DNA of 64,000 nt from assembly GCA_000708835.1 (NCBI GenBank), contig DF236983.1:197753-261752 (forward strand), given 5' to 3'. The notes beneath the pieces were generated by a model. That model worked only from the letters and a program-made list of their open reading frames with translations. It did no database searches and was not told the origin of the DNA. Made by a program: the position numbers and the translations under genes. Position 1 is the first letter of the stretch; every line of letters starts with the position of its first letter. Below, piece after piece: positions 59,601 through 64,000 of this stretch. The stretch is from Klebsormidium nitens. Its lineage: Eukaryota; Plantae; Klebsormidiophyceae.

Positions 59601-61070
59601 TCAGGTTACAATCAGGTTGTCGAAACCCTTTGCTCGCTCCCTTGAGTCATCCCTCGTTTGCTGGTCGAAAGAACCCCTTGAGCCGAATGGTAGCTTGCGA
59701 AGCGGGTTCAGGTTTTCAGTAAGGCAAAACGCATTTATTCGCAATTTCGACGACGTGATCAGAAAGAGGCTGCCTGAGAGGAGTATTTGGAGGAACGGTC
59801 CGATTCTGTGTTCTATGTCTTTTTGTCAGCGCCTTTGGATGGAGTCCGCTAGACATGCTAGACATCAGGACTGACACGTGTCCTCGCTTGATAGGTGGTG
59901 GCCATGTCCCGGGCGCGGCTGGGGCTGTACGTGTTTGGGCGGCGCGCCCTGTTTGAGCAGTGCTACGAGCTGCAGCCGACGTTCCAGACGCTGCTGCACA
60001 AGCCGGACAGACTGGAGCTGAACCTGGATGAAAAGGTAAAGTCTGCACAGCGAAAGTCGCAAGAGCACGTTTGTTCTGCAGATAGCTGCGGAGCGTGTTC
60101 CCAGTTGCTGCCTTCTTACTATCCTCCTAGTTCGATCTGTCGCCATTGGATTTAAGGTTTCGAGCTTCAGCCTGGAATTCCTTTTTATGCATGTTTGCTG
60201 ACTTGAAGCACTGCCTAGGTCAGTTAGACTTTCCAACCAAAGCTTGCTTGCATTTGGATGAGCTCTTCAACAGCTCAGCAACAAAAGGGAAAGACCATCG
60301 CACGTGGTGTATGGATATTTCAGCACCGGTTTGTGTGAAGAGTCTTTCCGCCCGCACCGTGAAAGCATGAGGTGTTCAGTGCGCTTGATTCGTTGCTAGA
60401 TGCTCACTTTCGTCGTGCTTTTTGCAGCGAACACCCACTCAGCGACGAGCCGGCGACGCTTCTTCCTCGTACCAGGTGTCCGGACTGGATGAGATGGCGC
60501 AGCTAGTAAACCACCGGTACGAGGACTGGGTCAGGGAACAGCAGGTGAGGGTCTCGGCATAACCGGCTTTTCATTGCCCACCAGCAATACGAGGACGGTG
60601 GCAGAAAACAGGTTCGAAGCCCCAAAAACATTGTCTACTCGTCGGGTGTGGAGTTGCATTTGGTGTCTTGGCCAGCGCCACTTGCTCAGGCAGGCGTCTC
60701 GGCGGGCAAGCCGTGCTTCACCAGATGATGCTTGCGCGCAGAAAAAGCTGATGGGATATGTCTATCTGGTGTCTCTGCTCTGCTGACGGGATATCCGGCT
60801 GTTTTGAAGCCTCGTAATTCTTGACAACAACTGGTCGTCATCCTTCCAGTCCAAGGGTTTGGCCCAGGTCCTTGGTCTCACATCTCTTACCGTTTTCTTC
60901 AGGTGGAGGCCCAAAGGCGACAAGTTGCAGGGAGCCAAGTAGCAGCGGCACTGGCTTTTGCAGCGTCGAAGGGTTACGCTCCTGGGAGGGGAATGGGCGT
61001 ACCTACTGGTCCAAGTAGAGAAGAGGATCTCGGAAAGACGAAGATAATGTCCAAAAAAATGGAAGCGTAG
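50687..61070 (+). CDS. AQR: Intron-binding spliceosomal RNA helicase Aquarius, about 16 exons
   Basis: Motifs: [48 protein letters not shown], Walker A GPPGTGKT (about 56134), [52 protein letters not shown]. Exons chain in phase from 50687-51091 to 60903-61070. Confidence 0.95.
58144..58343 (+). repeat. Decayed upstream duplicate of the AQR acceptor/exon start at 58294 (about 115-nt period); acceptor AG mutated to AA
   Basis: aaccgctaag..caacaActcccgcccgtggtgaagaataaggctttcgagaagtacagccac versus aaccgctaaa..gaacaGctgccgcccgtggtgaagaacatggcgttccagaagtacagccac. Confidence 0.88.
58889..59153 (+). repeat. Decayed upstream duplicate of the AQR acceptor/exon start at 59078 (159-nt period); acceptor intact
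   Basis: ttccccag|GTTGTAAACGCGGGCTTCACCCAC ([25 protein letters not shown]) at 58919 versus cccccag|GTGGCAAACGCCGGCTTCACCCAC ([25 protein letters not shown]) at 59078. Confidence 0.9.
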
Positions 61071-62055
61071 ACGAGACGTTGGTCTTCTAGCGACTGGTTG
61101 TGATCAAGCGAGCTTTTGATTCGCAAATCTGCCGTGCATGTGCAATGTCCAACTGTTGTTCCACATAGCTACTTTCAATCTGATCTCTTCATGCCAACGC
61201 CTTTTTGCTGGCACTATCGTTTGGGTTTTTTGGCAACTCGCATAAAATACGCCCATGGCAGCATGCATCCACGCACAAGTGTAGTCCTATCACACCCGGC
61301 CACAGTATCCTCTTTTGCGACACACTTAACTCGAATGAAAACTTCAAACATGTACACATATGGTCACATGCGTGCGCGCAGCTCTACGACCATTCGCGAA
61401 ACAGAGCAATGGCTCACACATTCATCAAAATGGAGATGGCACTGCATGGCTATTCGAAGTGCCATGTGCGCTGTTTATCGGCAAGGGCCCGGCCCAAGAG
61501 AAACCACTTATTCGACTTTTCAATCTAAGCAGCGCGACGGTGAGTACCTTAAAAGTAGAGCGGCTGCCACAATGATTGTATACACATCTGGCCCATGTGA
61601 AGGCCGTGCGATGGCCGCCCGGCCCTTCATATCGAAGCAACCCTATTGTCCAGAATCTGAACTCGGTCAGCCGCCTGTTGGCCGCGTCCGTGGGGTTTCT
61701 ACAGAGTGCTTTGCTAGCGCGCGTCAGCTTGACTGCGCGGCTACACAATATCTGCATTTCGACTGTATACAATGTGCGGCCTGCATCCTTCGAACTTGGA
61801 CGAAATTCGATCGTCCAAGTGTACCGTGGCATCTTATTTCACCTTCCTCGAGGTTAGGATCAAGACTCAGTGCAGACTACATGAGACGTCGATTGCTTAA
61901 TGCAAGAACGCGTTTAAGAAATCAAGCTCATCAGGACAATTTGTGACCAGCCTCACTGAGCTGCTTGAAGCCCAATCGAGTACAAAGGAATTGAAAGAGA
62001 GAACTACGTGTTTAAAGATAGCGTCTGCCCGATCCTGCTTTGTCCAATCACAGAT

Positions 62056-62129
62056 GCAGAGTTTCTCTTATTTGTCAGACCGGATAGACAGGCAGAGTTT
62101 CTCTTATTTGTCAGACCGGATAGACAGGC
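62056..62129. repeat. Perfect 36-nt tandem duplication
   Basis: gcagagtttctcttatttgtcagaccggatagacag x2 with no spacer. Confidence 0.92.
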
Positions 62130-62268
62130 CTACTACGAATCCTACTGTCAGCTGCAATGATAAGCTGGTGCACATGCGGATTTAGACTGCAAAATGTGGC
62201 GAACCATCAACACTCATTACCTGGGAGTTCAGGCTCAGTGTGTGGGGGCCAAGTCTCCTCAAATCACT

Positions 62269-63920
62269 TTACTCCTCAAAGTCAATGTCTTCAAACCCCT
62301 CAGCGCTATCCTCCAGTATCGTGCCCAGTGACTTTCGCAGGACACTGATGGACTTGGCTTCCTGCAGGATCAGCTGAGGGCGTCAGCTTGTTGTCGTTCC
62401 CCTTGCCGTTCGCAGGCACACAAGGCCCCCTTTCGACGTGGTCGACTTCGTACGTGAAAATCGAAATTGTGCAGTACCTTTTCTTGAAACGACTTTTCAA
62501 AAGTACGCATGAGAACTCGGTTTGAACCACAGCCACTCCGCCATGTCCTGGGGATGACTAAGCTTCGACGCAAGAACCTGATCGTAATAACGCGATTGGA
62601 AGCACAAAGAGTTCAACCTGACGGGTCGTTTCGAAGCGAAGTTGGTGGGAATGATCTCAAAACGCTTGTTAGTCTTTGTGAATCTCACCCGCTTCTGCTT
62701 TGAGAGAATCTCTTCGGCCTCCCGAAGCTTCTCAGTACACAGTTTCTGAAGGTTTGCGTACTCGGTCTTGTCTTTTCTCCCTGCGGCGGATGATTCAGCG
62801 GGTCAAATGGGAGCAGTAATACTTGTTTGTTTGACAGGATACTTCCAAAGCAGCCGATCGAATCCGGAAAAGTGGCACGGATTCAGAGAGTACCATTAGA
62901 AGCATGAGCATGATCACAAGTGACCTTGATTGAGAGACCTTCTTGGCCTTCGCAATTGTTTTGCTTTCAAAGAGTATGAATTCAATCTCTGAGCAGCAGT
63001 AGCGTCTTTCTTACTCTGTTGTTCAATCTTCCTGTCGAGCTTCTCCTTGAAGCTCTCGTACTCCGCGACTATTTTCTCGCGCTCCTGCAGATCAGGTCTT
63101 GCATGATGTTACTTATGCTGGTCAATGTTTTCAAAAACACAAGCTCCCCCACCTTTTTCAGCATGATTGCCTTCCATGTGCAAGGAATCCTGCTGCAATT
63201 ACTACACATCAAGAAAAGCATTTACACGAAAGCTGAGGCTTTTGTGGGCAAAGAGACACTGGCTATGGTGTTGAAGGACTTACCGTGTGAAATTTGTTGC
63301 AAGAAGCTTGGAATTTCTTTGCTTCTTTCTCAAACGACTCTGTGACGTGTTTCAGTCTCGCCTCGTACTACAGAAGAAAAGATGCAGGTAAGCAATAGAA
63401 TCTGCGCTTCTGGACAACATCGAGTCTAGAAGAAACACAAAATCGCTCCTTAAGAGCCCGATCCCATGGAATTCCAGAAAGAGCAGGTGAATGAGAAAAC
63501 ACCATTCCAAAGGCTCGCAGGAGACAGCTTTTTGTTCATATTAGGATCCTCTCAATCCGGTTCTTGGTTATCCGGTTCTTGGATCTCCGCAATACACATT
63601 CCTTAACAAGTCAGGCGTTCTGCCGCTCACCTGACGAGTAGTCTCGACGCACTTTCTCAGGTTTGAGTTCTCGTTTCCAGCCTTCACTATTGCCGCGTCT
63701 ATGGCGGTCTTCACCTCTTTGGTCAAGCTGCACAAGAAAATAGTCACTATTATCCGCACGCACAGTCCACGGATTCTCAAGGGAATTCACTCTCACTGTT
63801 CCAGATCATGAATCATTTGAACAGAGGCTGCTTCATGCAACAGGAGTTTCTTTGAGCTCACCTGGCTAGGCGCTCCGAACTCAGCTTTTTTGAGCTGGCC
63901 TGCGACTTTTCCTTGACAGA
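62269..63920 (-). CDS. 3' five exons of a coiled-coil protein; gene continues beyond the window; possibly ASY3/ASY4/SYCP3-like
   Basis: Exons 63920-63862, 63727-63631, 63084-63015, 62780-62689, 62373-62269, all GT-AG with matching phases (2, 0, 1, 0). Translation: SVKEKSQASSKKLSSERLASLTKEVKTAIDAAIVKAGNENSNLRKCVETTRQEREKIVAEYESFKEKLDRKIEQQRRKDKTEYANLQKLCTEKLREAEEILSKQKRLILQEAKSISVLRKSLGTILEDSAEGFEDIDFEE*. Confidence 0.75.
63555..63582. repeat. Tandem duplication with 15-nt period (intronic)
   Basis: atccggttcttgg(tt)atccggttcttgg. Confidence 0.85.
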
Positions 63921-64000
63921 CTGAGCACAACGGAGGAGATGGATTCATGATATCTGAGATATTGTCAGCAGGGCATGGAAAAGCAATTCCAGGTTTCTAG

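Noticed and set aside
20286-61070. ERCC1 and Aquarius near each other (both linked to R-loop and repair biology in animals)
   Set aside because: They are 26 kb and several unrelated genes apart, with no sequence evidence of coupling.
61116-61946. 276-aa plus-strand ORF after Aquarius
   Set aside because: No recognisable motif, no GC3 bias like the real exons, and no convincing splice chain. It lies in a CA/TG-rich spacer. Cannot be supported as a gene without expression data.
62056-62129. 36-nt direct repeat of CRISPR-like length
   Set aside because: Only two abutting copies with no spacer, no cas genes, and a eukaryotic context.

Overview
Eukaryotic nuclear DNA, intron-rich with GT-AG introns. 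The gene set (ERdj7/DNAJC25-like, ATL RING-H2, PHIP1-like, cold-shock/zinc-knuckle protein, Aquarius) points to a streptophyte green alga; Klebsormidium-like is my inference. No prokaryotic features (CRISPR, operons, IS elements) were seen. The ORF track is mostly exon fragments and antisense shadows, so gene models were rebuilt by hand from splice sites and intron phases. Order along the window: decayed L1/Tx1-like LINE 3' end; MYND-finger gene (-); DnaJ (+); ATL RING-H2 (+); intron-containing tRNA (-); ARMC6 (-); ERCC1 (+); GT23/FUT8-like fucosyltransferase (-); F-box ORF (+); PHIP1-like RRM/CCHC (+); PDCD4/SERBP1-motif exon (-); cold-shock domain protein (+); Bin3/MEPCE (-); Aquarius (+); 5'-truncated coiled-coil gene (-). 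Most notable: (1) a fully paired tRNA with an alanine-type body but valine identity (CAC anticodon, C38, A3:U70 in place of G3:U70); (2) repeated tandem duplication of 3' splice site plus exon start, leaving out-of-frame or stop-containing acceptors in the ATL and Aquarius genes; (3) a dual-frame exon in which acceptor choice may switch the MYND finger on or off; (4) a coiled-coil C-terminus, not recovered by the ORF track, resembling meiotic axis proteins. All family assignments come from motif recognition, not database searches.
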